Of a DNA stretch of 64,000 bases, positions 1 to 13,538 are shown piece after piece. Position 1 is the first letter of the stretch. Each line of letters begins with the position of its first letter. Under the pieces are notes generated by a model. The model was given only the letters and a program-made list of their open reading frames with translations. It was not told the origin of the DNA and ran no database searches. Source of the DNA: Adineta vaga (lineage: Eukaryota; Animalia; Rotifera); contig CP075495.1 of the NCBI GenBank assembly GCA_021613535.1, forward strand, positions 8,370,001 to 8,434,000. Direction: 5' to 3'. The translations under genes and the position numbers were made by a program.

Positions 1-525
1 AAAATCAGATATGTGTATGCGAACATATTGAATAAACGATTGTGTTTTTTTTTATCTTTATTCTTAATCCAATCTTATACTTGACATTAAGTTTTCTTTT
101 TTAAGTATAAAAGGATTAGATTGTTTTTCTGCATGAAAGATTAAATTTTATGCGAATTTTGTAAAATGATTTTTGACTATTCATATGATTAATCATTGAA
201 AACATGAAACTTTATCTTGAGAACATATCATTGAGTACATATAATGAAAAATAAAATGCTATAAAAGAAGTTTAGTCATATTTATTGATGATATTCATTA
301 AGATATTGTACAGTGAAAAGAACATAATATGTCGATTCTATTTCATGGTTATGTTTAACATTTGATTGAGAAAGAAAATGTATGTACAAGGAAAATGAAA
401 ACTTCTCTTCCACACTATTCAAGGTTATCATTGATATCAATTTATATGTATACATACATTTTTCTATGTTTATTTCAGTGACATGTACCTTCTAGTATAA
501 GTCGTAAGATATAGATAAATAAAAG

Positions 526-1167
526 ATGTATTGGTCTTCCTATCCTTATCAGTTATATGGACGAAATTATTACATGGGTCGTTTAATTGGTGAAGTAATG
601 CCATATACTGGCGCTCATTTTTTAATGCGTCAAGGACGTGAAATGCAAGAATATCCTGATTATATGCTTGCTGCACTAAATATTCAACCAGGTATGGTTG
701 TTGCTGATATTGGTGCTGGTACTGGTTTTAATTCATTACGTCTTGCACGTCTTGTTGGTCCATATGGACGTGTTTATTCCACAGAAATTCAACCTGATAT
801 GCTCAATCATTTAATGATGAATGCCTATATATATGGTCATTCACATAACATTGTTCCTGTTGTTTCGTCTCATACAAATGCGAATCTTCCACCAAATTCT
901 TGTGATCTTATTTTGATGGTTGATACATATCATGAATGTATCAATCCACCAGCTGTCTTGCATGGAATACGTCAAGCATTGAAACCTCATGGTCAACTTA
1001 TTTTAGTTGAATATCGTTTAGAAGATAGTTGGATGCCTAACATGTATGATGATCATCGAATGTCTGTTTCGCAAGCGAAATTTGAATTAGAATCTAATGG
1101 TTTTGTTTTACGCCAAGTTTTAGAATTTCTACCTTGGCAACATATCATGATTTTTAATAAAATATAA
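526..1167 (+). CDS. Class I SAM-dependent methyltransferase, bacterial-like, intronless CDS (HGT candidate)
   Basis: Motif I VVADIGAGTG, followed by LARLVGPYGRVYSTEIQ, DLILMVDTYHE and ALKPHGQLILVEY, ending LPWQH. The N-terminal YMGRxIxxVM...R...E segment resembles a family of uncharacterised bacterial methyltransferases. Confidence 0.9.
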   Translation: MYWSSYPYQLYGRNYYMGRLIGEVMPYTGAHFLMRQGREMQEYPDYMLAALNIQPGMVVADIGAGTGFNSLRLARLVGPYGRVYSTEIQPDMLNHLMMNAYIYGHSHNIVPVVSSHTNANLPPNSCDLILMVDTYHECINPPAVLHGIRQALKPHGQLILVEYRLEDSWMPNMYDDHRMSVSQAKFELESNGFVLRQVLEFLPWQHIMIFNKI

Positions 1168-1949
1168 GCGAGAGCTCTTCAATTGATATACTTACAGTCA
1201 AGAAGTTTAATTTGCTTGACGTTTTGTCTTTCTTTTGTTTCATTGTTTATTCACAACGAAATTGACAAAACGGAAATAACAATCTTGAGAAAAATCAACA
1301 TTATTTTAGCTAGAATATCATCATCATCAGCTCTATATTTTTTTTGTCTTGTTGATCAAGATGATTAGACGTATGTTGACTGACGCAATCAATCTATTTT
1401 TCTTGTCTTTGCTATACGAATACGTAGATGATTTAGCTAAGAGATCATATCGTTTACACGAGATAATTTTGTATATTTAATACGAACTTTGCTCGAGTGT
1501 TAATGAGAGGATATACATATACATACAAACAATGATATTGAGGCTTCACGTGTCTCAATACAATGTATTATTCGTCAAGTAATTATCGGTCAATCAACGA
1601 AACATCCATAGAAAATATATATGTATAATTAGAAAAAATAACAGAAGAGATTCTTTACATTCCATCAAAAAGAAAACGCAGATGCTAATAATAACCGTTT
1701 GAAAAATCAACTTGAAAACGTACTGATTATGTCATGAACATCCTCTGATAATGGGTTTATATGGCGCCTATTGAGTACAAAAACATACACGTGCGGAACA
1801 CCTGCTATTCAGATACAAACGAATGTTAATTATGGCAAAAATTATTCTTATTTTTATTTCACATAAATATGTGTAAATTATATTTTTCAAGAAGAAAAAA
1901 GATAGACTACAAATGACAATATTAACAACAACAAAAAAAATGTTTTTTT

Positions 1950-2639
1950 TTACCATGGTCTCCAAAGAGACGATGAACGCTCACTGTGATCATCGAATGA
2001 GGATGGACTCGATGTATTGGAACGTTCTGATGATGATGATGGCGATGAATTTGGTAGAGATTTTCGTTTTCCACCACAACGAGTAAACCATTCATTGACA
2101 ATAGAGTGATGACTATTCGTTGGTGGTCGATATGGTTGATAGCGACGATTATTTGCTATCGATAGTTGATGGAGAAGATTTTGTCTTTCAATATATGATA
2201 TTTCTGGTGTTGAATTCAAAAAGGTTGTAACATCATTTGTACATTGTTGATAGCCTTGTTCAAAATTTTGTTTGATTTTATTCAAACGTCCATTCGTTTG
2301 TTTAACAAATTCCACACACATTTCAAGAATTTCAGCTTTTTCTAATTTTTGATAACGTGCTTTCTATAAAAAAAAGAAAGAAATAGATAACTTCTATTTA
2401 ATTCAATTCTATTATTCATTTTACTTACATCACAATGTACAGACAATAAATCTTTTAAATCATCTAAACTTCGATTTATACGATCACGTCGTTTTTTTTC
2501 AACATGCGTTTTAGCAATCTAAAATAATGGAATAATATTCGTTTTTTGTTGTTTAATAAATATCTTTACTTACTTTACGTGAACCAGAATGGTATTCGAA
2601 TTCTTCCATATCGATATCACTTCCACTTGTATTGTACAT
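1950..2639 (-). CDS. hes: Hes/hairy/E(spl) family bHLH-Orange repressor (copy 1), 3 exons: 2639-2574, 2518-2429, 2363-1950; about 189 aa
   Basis: Spliced translation MYNTSGSD...SRK|IAKTHVEKKRRDRINRSLDDLKDLLSVHCD|KARYQKLEKAEILEMCV. Orange domain FEQGYQQCTNDVTTFL; C-terminal WRPW; canonical GT-AG phase-0 introns. Confidence 0.95.
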
Positions 2640-2951
2640 TTTTTTTCTCGACTAACTGACTTCGTATTCAATATTGAACTGATATATGAAATGAAGAAAA
2701 GAGAAAGAAAAAAAAAGTATACGTTCAATGTTCGTTATTTTTCTTTTCTCTTTTGCGTTCTTTGGCGTTCTGTATTGGTCAATTGTATGTTAAATAACCA
2801 ATCTTCTTTCGTTCTTTTAATCTGTTCTGTCCACATATCCGTTCCTTTTGACTCAAAATAAGGTGTGACAAGAGAGATGGTCAAACTTAACCGGCTTTTG
2901 TCACTATGTACATACACGTAAGAGATGTGACTATGAGAACGGAAGATGTGA

Positions 2952-2959
2952 TTCCCACG
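2952..2959 (-). promoter_or_regulatory. Putative CSL/Su(H)/RBPJ binding site (CGTGGGAA) upstream of Hes copy 1
   Basis: Exact TTCCCACG on the + strand, about 310 bp upstream of the Hes ATG. Hes genes are established Notch/CSL targets. Confidence 0.55.
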
Positions 2960-5900
2960 ATTGAGATCAAAGAAGGAGACGCCTTTAGGCATACGTCGTC
3001 AATCACAAATACATATATGATATATCCCAATGTTGCACGTGTATGCACGAGTTTCACATGTTGAAAAAAAGAAGAAGTTTAAATTTCAACAGATGATGCA
3101 TATCATTTCTTCAATATGGGAAATGTAAATATCGAAACTGAAGACAAATCGGAAAGATCAAAAAACGAAATCGAATTCATGAATCGGTAACAGCAGGCAG
3201 GTGAATTTATTACTACTACGACTGCTGTGATAAATGTCTGTTCATACATATTCACGCGCTCCGCCTACTGAGTACGCGCGGACACTTGAACATTAGTAAA
3301 ACATTGAAGTTTAATGTCGGAAAAAGCAAACTACAAACACTGCGATGCCGATGCTTATTCAAGTGTATTCACTGTTGTTATATTGATAAGAGCGCATTTA
3401 CTAACATACTTTTATACATAAATCTATGTTCACTTTAGAAAAGAAAATTCGACTTCCTTTTCATTTGCATGAGAACACAAAGAAGTAGTATGGATGGAGG
3501 GCAGAATTATTTTAAAATTGAAATAAATAGCCGACCGATAACTTTGAACTTATGAACATTTATAAACGTATATACACACGACAATGACAATGTATAATTG
3601 TAAAGTGTTACCTCCCTCAAGGGATAATTGACTCGACGACAGCATACAATAGTACTTCCTTAATGAATAAAAAACTCAATTTCAATCGAATAATTTTGAA
3701 ATAAAATAAAACGAAAACGAAAAGATCAAGATTGGTGAGAAAAAAATGAGCACATCTTAAGAATATTTTAACAATCGCTCTTATGGCACTTTTTTATTGA
3801 CAAATTGGGAATTTGACTCCCTTTAGAGTTGTTGTCACCATCGACTTCTTTTTCTTTTTCATTTTCATTTGACAGCTCTAATCAGCCGTCCGAGCAAAGA
3901 TCAAACATATACCACACGTACACACCTATTGTGAACGAGACAACAGAAGAAAAAAAAAAGAAAGAACTCAAAGAATAAAAACAATCAAAACACACCCCAG
4001 ACATGTGGGCAGTGGCTTGAAACGTATGCGCGCATCGATTTTCAAAGACGACAAGCTCAACTGTACACACCAGACAATCACTGTTGCTGTTGTTGTTCTT
4101 TTCTTAGACGAAAGGTGATAATTGAAAAGCTGGGCATGTACTACCCAGGTACTACTTTAATTAGACATGCGACACTATTGTTCATTTCAATAAATATATT
4201 GTGGATGAAAAGCGGCATTTTGATCTTCGTATGAGAACTCAGTCGGTATTGAAAAAACAAAGAAGGATAGAAATATCTAAATTGAAGTCGACAACAATAC
4301 TACAGGCATGTCAAATGAATATATTTCGACAAAAATTTTCCGTGACTCATGATCATTCTATCTATATGTTCTGTCTATCATAATAATGCCGAGATTGGAA
4401 TGTATGTATATAGATGCATTCGATCATTTACGGATTTTGAATGCACGCAAGCATGATAATAGTGTATGGTCAATTCACACGATATATACGTCAATGACGA
4501 TGATGATGATGATGATGATGAGTTGAGTATGTCATTTGTTATTTGTTTGGAGAAAAGGTAGCTTGTTTGGAATGTATTGTCTTGACATCCGGACTTAACA
4601 TCTAATTGGATAATGATTGTAAAAATGTGAATAGTTTATTTTGTTTCTTTGAATATGATTCATTTAAACGGAATGAAGTGGTTTATGTTTTTTTCTTTTT
4701 TTCTAACATATAACAGGAACCCTTCAGGCTCTTTCTTTTTCTTAAGATCCCTAGTGATCATCAACTGTTTTGTTGGATGTTATGAAATCATCATACATCG
4801 TATTCATATTCAGTGAACTATGACAATCTTTTCTATCGATCTTGTATGATCGCACTCGTGTAGGCATACGTTCAATAATGCTCTTCAGGCGCCGAAGACA
4901 AACATCAAACGAATGTCATCGTCTTCTGGGAAAGAAATAAAAATCAATTGCAAATAATCTTTAAGAAGAAAAGGTGTGGACATACGTAGTCGATAGATGA
5001 TGTAAACATCTATTGTCTTCTTATCTTTTGTGTATTGATCATCATCATCATTATAATTTTAGTGTAGAAAGAGAGAGACCGCATACTAGCACATGTTCTC
5101 TTGCAAATAAGGATGAGTATATGTATATGTATATGTACACACGCACCTACTTCTTTCATCTATGTCGTGCTTTTCATAGATATATAAGAATCAGGTTCAA
5201 TTATGTAATAGATCACTACTCTTCTTTTTGCATGTTAAGACAAGTCACAAGACGATGACTTCATCAGAGAAGAAAAAGACAACAAAATATTGACGTATCT
5301 TACAACTCGTCGGCTAATATCAAATAATGAAAAATCACGAGTATCATTATGCCATTCAAAAAAAACGAAAGAAATAAAGAAACGAAAGAATAAAAAGAAT
5401 AAAAAGAAAATCTATATGATGTAGTCATGTTATCAACAGCGAAGTAGAAACGAATTGTTCTTATTAAAGACGAACGAACAATAACATACGAAGTACTACT
5501 AGTACTCATTATATATACACACACCTACCCGTCATTCGTAATGTGTACCCATCAATAGAACCATTTGGCTGGCTGACTGTCATCATATTCAACTTTTATA
5601 GGTCATCATAATGTTGAATATGAAAAAGAAAACGAAACGAAATGAAGACTATAAGCATCAATAACTAGGTGTTAGTTGATTGTGCAAGCACACTTTACTT
5701 TTCATTAGAGATGTATATTTTCATTTTTGACTTCAATTATCTCTCCGAGCGTTCGCAAAAAACGAAAAATTGAAAATGATGATGCATTCTTAACACATTT
5801 TTCATCATTATCTCAATTTTGCTCACCCCATGAACTGATATTAAAACACTTGTTAAGTGATCGAATAGGAGAAAAGAAAAATTGTCTTTTCAATTTTCAA

Positions 5901-6104
5901 GATGCTAAAAACTTTATGTTATTATTTTCTTTAACATTTCTCACGACTATTAGATGATAATCTGTTTGAATAATTTATATATTCCAAAACACACATAGAC
6001 ACATACAAAAGAAAAAGAAGAGAAAACAAGAGAGAGAGAGAAGAAAACGAAATCATTCATCACTGTGATAGAACGGTCTATTTCTTTTTTTTTCAACGGT
6101 CTAT

Positions 6105-6831
6105 TTACATATATGGTTTCCATAGTTTTGGTGATGATGGACTGAGAGAATTGGAAGAAACACTTGATGATGATGAAGATGGTAATGATGAGACTGATGA
6201 GAATGGTTTAGTCGAATTCTGTATGGAAGAATGATTTATAAGAATTTTTAGACAAGATGATGATGATTGTTGAGAATGATGATGTGAATAGGATTCAGTT
6301 GAAACGGGAACACGTCGTTGATATGGATGATGAACATATCGACGATTTGTCCACATTTGTCGACAACGTGTTGCTAAATTTTCACGTTGTTCTGGAATAA
6401 TATTTGGTAATGAATGTATTAATTTCCACATTTCTTCAGAGCATTGTCGATAACCATTTTCATAATCTTCAACGGAATTATTCATTGTTCGTTTTAAATT
6501 TCGAATATAATTTACAGTCATTTCAAGAATTTCAGCCTTTTCTAATTTTTGATATCTGGCTCTCTAGAAAAAGAGAAGAGAAAAAAAAAGCAAACATGAG
6601 AATTTAATTAAACATATCAATTAAAGCTAAACTTACTTCATCCGTTAAAGCCATCAGATCTTTAAGTTCATCAAGACTTTTATTAATACGATCACGTCGC
6701 TTCTTTTCTACACATGTCTTAGCAAACTAGAAATAAATTGAAAGGTGTCAAGAAGAAGATCAATTGTTCAAATGACTTACTTTTCGAGAAGTTTGCTCTG
6801 ATGCATCGGAATAGTCACACGTTAACATCAT
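6105..6831 (-). CDS. hes: Hes family bHLH-Orange protein (copy 2), 3 exons: 6831-6781, 6726-6637, 6563-6105; about 199 aa
   Basis: MMLTCDYSDASEQTSRK|FAKTCVEKKRRDRINKSLDELKDLMALTDE|RARYQKLEKAEILEMTV. Orange domain YENGYRQCSEEMWKLI; ends WKPYM; same intron positions and same 90-nt exon 2 as copy 1. Confidence 0.93.
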
Positions 6832-9800
6832 AACTTAGTTCAAAGAAAACAGGAAAGTGTTTGGTACAAGTTAACTACGCGTGTAGGTATATATATATAT
6901 ATATATATATATGCGTATATGTGTATTTCGAAATGTCACCCGTCGCAGCACACGTCTAATAGCAATTTGATGAAGATTTTTTTCGCTTTTTGCTTTCGCT
7001 CTCTCTCTTGTTCTCCTTCTCTTTCTCTTCTAATTTCTTTGGACGAAAAGAAAATGAGAGACGAAAAAACCTGATTGGCTACTGTTTGATAGCGTCCTTT
7101 CGCGAACGAGAAACGCGTGCGAGAGATAGATGTTTATTTTATACCATGAGAAACCTTTTCTATGTATGTTTGTATGTGCACACATACATATACACACACG
7201 GCGGCGCGCGAATTCTACCAAGCAAATGGAGCAATAATGTTACACTATCGAAAAAAAAGGAATGATCGAGAATAAAAAAAAGAACTTATGTCCATAAAAA
7301 ACGTTAGATGCTTTGTGTATAACTTTTGTCATCAATTACCTCCAATAGTATCTTTCTTTCAGATTTTTTTCCTTCTCGATCGTTTTCTATTGATTGATAC
7401 ACGCGTCTACGCGCGCGCACAGCGTGACCACCAAATTATTTCGTTAATTGCTATAAAGAAAATGAAAACGAAGTAAATATATATGTGTATATATGACAAC
7501 ACAAGCCAATGACGATCGATAAGATCCTATATATCTATTGGTTATTTAAATGTACATTAACATTGATGCATATTTCAATGATTATGCAGAGAGAAAGAGG
7601 ACGAAAAAAAAACTCTTAGGAAGTTCTGTCTTTCTTTTTTTTGATCTCGACTTATTCATTGATTGTATTTCGGTTGGGTACACAAAAAATTAGACAGACA
7701 TTTCACTGGTGTTCTCCAAAGGTTTCATTCTTCGGCCACGTGTTTTGAACTTCTAGCATCAAAAGATTTCTCCTATTCCTTTGTCCTTTGTTAATAGATT
7801 AACAACAATAGTATATTTGTCAATGCATTGAATTTGATTGTCAAGGATGGGATTCATACATCGTTTTCTCACCGCTGTCCTGCCCATCATATTTTCTTGC
7901 TTTATTTTATCAGCGGCTTGTCCATTATAGAACATACATACATAGAAAATTTTCTTTTGATGTGATCCGATATGGAAAGAAAAGTGCGTACCGTATGGGC
8001 ATTTGTTTTAATTGAGTGGATATGTGCACATTCTTTTCCCATGCTTTTCATGAGGAGAAAAAAAGTTAAGAGTGTGAATGCGAAGAAAATATCCTCGAAG
8101 ATGATTGAAAAACAACAAGAAAATCATTTGTTAGCTCATAGATATGAATATGTTCTCATATCTTGAAAAAAAATCTGTTCATATGTGAAAAGAGAAATAT
8201 TGATTGGCTTCAGAATTGATGTGTAATATTTTGTTTAAGATTTTTCCTTCATCTCTACTTGAAAGATAGACATACAGACACCTTTCTTTCTTCGCTTTCT
8301 TACATTCGATAGGAATAAAGTGGGAGTGATGAAACCTTGTAAAAAGACACTTGCAGTTTACTTCGTCACCAACTTGCTTGTATATACTTGAAATATACAG
8401 AGAAAGAAGAGAGGGAGAGAGTGCAGGCAAGGAAAAACTCGCATCAATCGTTGAAGTGTTATCTTTCTTTAGTATATACCTTGAGTAGTTTTTCTCACAC
8501 GATATCTTAGATTCATTTCTTTTTTACTAATTATCATCAGTCTCATCAATGTTTAAAGGTTTCTTGTTTTTCTTTTGTACTTTGTAAATCGTTAAGTTTC
8601 TTTAATAGTCATCAACTTTTTATTATTTGTTCAATTTGAAATATTTCATAGAAAGATATTAGCATGAATGTGTTTGTCTTATTCATACGCTTGTCGAAAC
8701 GTTTCAAAACGTAAAATAGATTTCGATTTTTCACTTACAGAGTGTCAAAAGTAAAACTACCATTCGTCACACTCGTTCATCTATGCATATACACAAGTCA
8801 TAATTCACTGATTGACTCAGTCAAGTGACATTCGAAATCAAAGATCAATATCGCACGCACGAATGTCTATTAGAGATATGTATATATTGAGTATAGATGT
8901 TGTTATTGTCTGGATTGAAATAGTGACACGATGATGAATATGTGTCATGTAATTTAACCAAGTACAGTTTCGACTTCGTTTTCTTTTTACCCATGAGATT
9001 CAATCATTTCCTTCAAATAGTTCACTACTAGATCATATACGTAGACATATCAATTAAATAGTCATTGATAATATCATGTCTTAGGAAAGAGAATGTTTTG
9101 AATCAATATGGAATCTCTTAAAATTTGTTTCTGAATATGATCAAATCGATTCAAATTTGATAATGTTTTATTTTGTATTTGATGGCCATATATATATATA
9201 TATATACAAACGTTTGAATGTTTTTCTCACAGCAATTAAAACGATAATTATTCAATTATCATAATATCATAAACGATAATAATACAAGAGAAAAGTAATG
9301 TTATTTCATCTAGGAATGTAAGCAACATTTATGCAAATATAGAAAAGAGAAAGACATGATATCAAATTATTTCCATCTCATTACAAAAGGATGCGATATC
9401 TCAGATTAGTTTTATCAAAATATAAACAAATAAATGTCCTCATTTGAACTTCAATTAGCCATTACAAACAAAATTCATGATTTCATAGTTGAAATTCTTT
9501 TACACGAGTTTTTACAAGGCATGTTTTTAAAACATGCAAAGTCATTCCGTTTCTTTTGGTAAAAATAAAGAAACGAAATGATCATCATAGTCATGTCATA
9601 TACATTGATTACGGATATTAGTATGAGAAGAACAATGTGACCAGACATATTTACTTCCTTTTCCAGATGTTTGCTAAAATATTTTAACTTCTTATCAAAA
9701 ATAGGATTTCCCATTGGTTTTAATATGTGCCAATAGTAAAGAACATTCATACCTTGAAGAAGGTATAACGGAAGAAACGTAACCCGTAATGGTTTCTTTG

Positions 9801-9992
9801 TCATTCTCGAGTCTCGCGTGATAGCAGCATAATACAGTATCCTAATGACGACTTTCTCTTCCGCCAGTTTTCCTTTTCTCATCCGTTGTCGAGACAAACC
9901 ATTTTGATTTCATAATAGCTTTTTTTAACTATCGACTCTCTTCTTTTTCTTTACTAACAAAAAAAACCGTGAATTAAAAAAACTCAAAGAAA

Positions 9993-12900
9993 ATGACGAC
10001 ATCTGGAAATACTCTACAATATATGGTTACGAAAAATACGAAATTCGAAGCAAAACTTGCTCGATACTTAATATCCGAACCAGGCGATCAACTACTTGGT
10101 TACGATGCATGTATTGAAAAGCTAGGAAAAGATATTAATTACCGTTTGATTGTTTTGGGCTTGGAATCTATTTATCTTACAGACAATCCACCAAAGATTG
10201 CTCAATTAGAACAACCATATATTTATTATCGTGATATTCTTCGTGCTGAAATGGTTTGTTCTTTTGTTTTCAATTTATAAAATATCTAATTAAAAGAAAA
10301 TATTTTATATTGAATATTTAGATTGATGATTTTCCAGAGTTTTTAACTGGCGATGAAAGATCAAATGCATTACATATGCGTTTACGTGTTATAATGCCAG
10401 AGAATAAAAAGAAAAAACGTAAAAAGAAACAACCAAAATCAACAAGTGTTGATGATATGGAAACAATTCCAAGTTTATTTGATCGATTAACTTTAGAAAA
10501 TATAAATTCGTACATGGAACATTTAACTCCACGGTAAGAACTTTCTTCGAAGATCAATATTGAGAAAATCAAGTTCGATTTTCAATCTAGACGTTCATCA
10601 TCAAATCGTGATCTTTATCAAGCACCATTATCTCAACTTTATGCAGCTATTCCTCTCCTTCTTTCTCCATCGCCAACAACAGCAACAGCAGCAGTGCCAG
10701 AAACAAATGAATCTGATCCTTTATATTTACCTCTTCATCAACTTGATGATCTATCTATAACAACAACATCAAATACTTCACCAGAATTTAAAGAACGTCT
10801 TGATCAATTAAATCTTAGTACAGATCGATCTAATTTTCAACGTTTATTTTCCTCACGACGAACATTATCCGAGGAACAAAGATCAACTTCACGATCGAGA
10901 TCTGCACGAACTTTACCGAAAAAAAAGACTACTACAGATTCTGATTGGATCACTGATACAGTAAGACTTAATCGTTATGTATTACAAAAACATGAAGATG
11001 ATCTCTATGGTACTTTGCATACACCACGAAGTACTCCTCGTCATAATCATGACGATGAAATGTTATCAACAGCTCGTTCCACATTAACGGATCTTTCGGT
11101 AACAAATAGTATGAATTCAACACATAATGATGATTCAAGTGTATATTGTCCATCAATTGAAGAAGTTCGCAGGTAGATCAAAATCATTACTATTCTCTTC
11201 ATTAGGAAATTTTTGTATGAATTCATTTATCGCTCAATATTTTTGCTTTCAGCAAGAGAAATTAAAAGATATTTTTTACGATGTATGTATCTACATTACA
11301 TTTTAGTTGTAGACTTCTAATTCTTAGTTGATATTAAAGTTTTCAAATATGCTAATATTTCTTTTTCTATGATTTTATTTAGTCTTCGAGATGATATCGA
11401 TGAAGATATGAAGGATATTGATATTTATTTTCTCAGTTTAAATGCAAAAATACCGGAAATTTTAAGTGCAGCAATAAGCAATCATATAATTGTATCAACA
11501 TTACGTTATAATGGTAATCAACAATTTTCCACATTAGCAACAGCTGATCGTCTTCAATCTTCGTAAGTTGTTTACTTTCATTTTTCTTTCTTGTTATTAT
11601 GTGAATTCATTCAGCATGGATAACATAATAATGAAATTTTCCGAATTAAAATCCGAAATCTTACAATCGCATAATAATATAACTCAATTAATAAAATTAA
11701 CCGATGAATTACATAATGCATGTGAAAAATATTCGAAAGTCAAAGAACTTTTTTGGAAGGTAAAAAATAAAAAGGAATTTTCTCTTAAACTCATCTTTTC
11801 TCATATATAACTATCTATTTTTAGGATACAGATTTATTTGTTTACTATATTGCACAATTTCAATCATGTTGTCAATTAATATCAAATAATGAATTCAATG
11901 ATAATAGTTTAAAGTAAGATAATTCAACAAATTGATAATTAAATATGTAAATTCTTCTATGCAATAGTTTGTCTTTCTCAATTATGCAATTGTTGAATCA
12001 AGTTTTTTTAAATAGTTTTGCATCCATTGAACGATTAGCACGTTTAACACATGATCAGTAAGTAGATTTCTATGAACAGTTTTACTCCATAGTAGACTAC
12101 TTTCATTCAGACTAAATAATTATATAAGATAAATGTCAGATTCTTAATCCTTATCGTGTAGTTATCTTCAATTTTCATTGACATTTATCTACTCATTGAA
12201 CTACGTCGAAACTAATGAGACCATTAGTTAATTGATAGAGATGTTTGAAATTGATTTATGAAGTTAGAAATAGAAAACCGCCCTTTTGTTTTATTTAGAT
12301 GTTCACGATTTCAAGTTTTGGTTCATTGTCTTCTAACACCTCCGATAACGGTACTGTCTGGCCAATCAACCTCAACATCGGATAATTCAATAACGAATGA
12401 AATATTAAAAGTACATCGAAGATTATTCCATACAAAAAAAAGAGTACCTTTTTCTTCTCTAGGACACATATAAATTAGTATTGAAATGGATGTTTATATC
12501 AGGTACTGTCCTATGGCAAATCGGTGACATCCTTAGTCGACCATCTTGGACAACAAAAAATTTTCGTTTTCAACACTTTATTGAATTGTTTGAAAGACAA
12601 CAACAAAAAGTAAGCAAATATCTAGGGTTTATAATTGTATCTTTTTTTTTTGAAAAAGAACAATGGGAGATTTACATTCCTTTTTCAAGAAAACATCACG
12701 TATCTTGTTCCGGAAGGATGGATATAGTTTTGAAAAAGTCTTGATTATATTCTCATTCAATTTGAGTAGATTCATTCTAGAGACAATTAAGATCTATTAT
12801 ATTGTTGGAATTTGCTTCGCTCATTAGTTATGCACTAAAATATCAACATTATATACGTATATTTCCATTTCTAGGATGATTATTTTGATTTATTTATTGA

Positions 12901-13331
12901 TTCTTTATCAAGATTAACAATGAATAATGAAAATAAAGTAAAAGAAATCTTCAGAGAATAATTTGTTTTCATTCTCATGAATTTTTCATTTTAGGATCCA
13001 TTAAGTCCAAAACATGCATTATATGTCTATCAATTATTTTCTATACTTTCAATGATGTTAATTAATTCTACATCACTTTCGGAATATCTTCGAGATCGAT
13101 ATCTTGAAGATTTTAAGTATATATATATATTTGATTTTCTTCCAATTGATCCAATGTTTCTTTTCTCGTAGATATTTTTTAAAAGAAGACATTATACTTT
13201 CACGAATACCTGTTCAATATCCAGTGTACCGTTTTATTCCTGATTTGATTCATAGTGTCTATCATCGTATTATCTATGGTGGACCAAATTTAAATTCATC
13301 CACACGTACAAAACATCGGCAACTTATTTAA
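9993..13331 (+). CDS. C12orf56-like (DUF4551) protein, multi-exon
   Basis: N-terminal YDAC...IYLTDNPPK...IDDFPEFL and C-terminal SEYLRDRYLEDFK|YFLKEDIILSRIPVQYPV match my recollection of vertebrate C12orf56. Many short GT-AG introns link the ORF fragments. Confidence 0.75.
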
Positions 13332-13538
13332 GAAAAATAATAAAACAAGCTTTTTTCCAACATCGATTTATTTGGGCAATAATATTTTTCCTTTTTTTTA
13401 CTATGTATGTGATTGGGAATGAGCATTTCATTCTTTTTCTATAGTCCTTCACTAATTTCTCACGTTTGTCGTTTCATCGTCTTTTTTTTCAGGATTAACA
13501 TTTTTTTATTTTATGGAAGAAAAGTAGAATCGGAAAAT

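Noticed and set aside
2932-2959. Canonical Su(H) paired site
   Set aside because: Spacer is 12 nt rather than 15-17 and one half-site is imperfect; kept only as a single CSL site.
4494-4521. (TGA)n tract, plus (TA)n and (GA)n tracts such as 6888-6912 and about 58960
   Set aside because: Ordinary microsatellites.
9475-9897. 140-aa minus-strand ORF upstream of the C12orf56-like gene
   Set aside because: Non-ATG start, no recognisable motif, and it overlaps a probable promoter.
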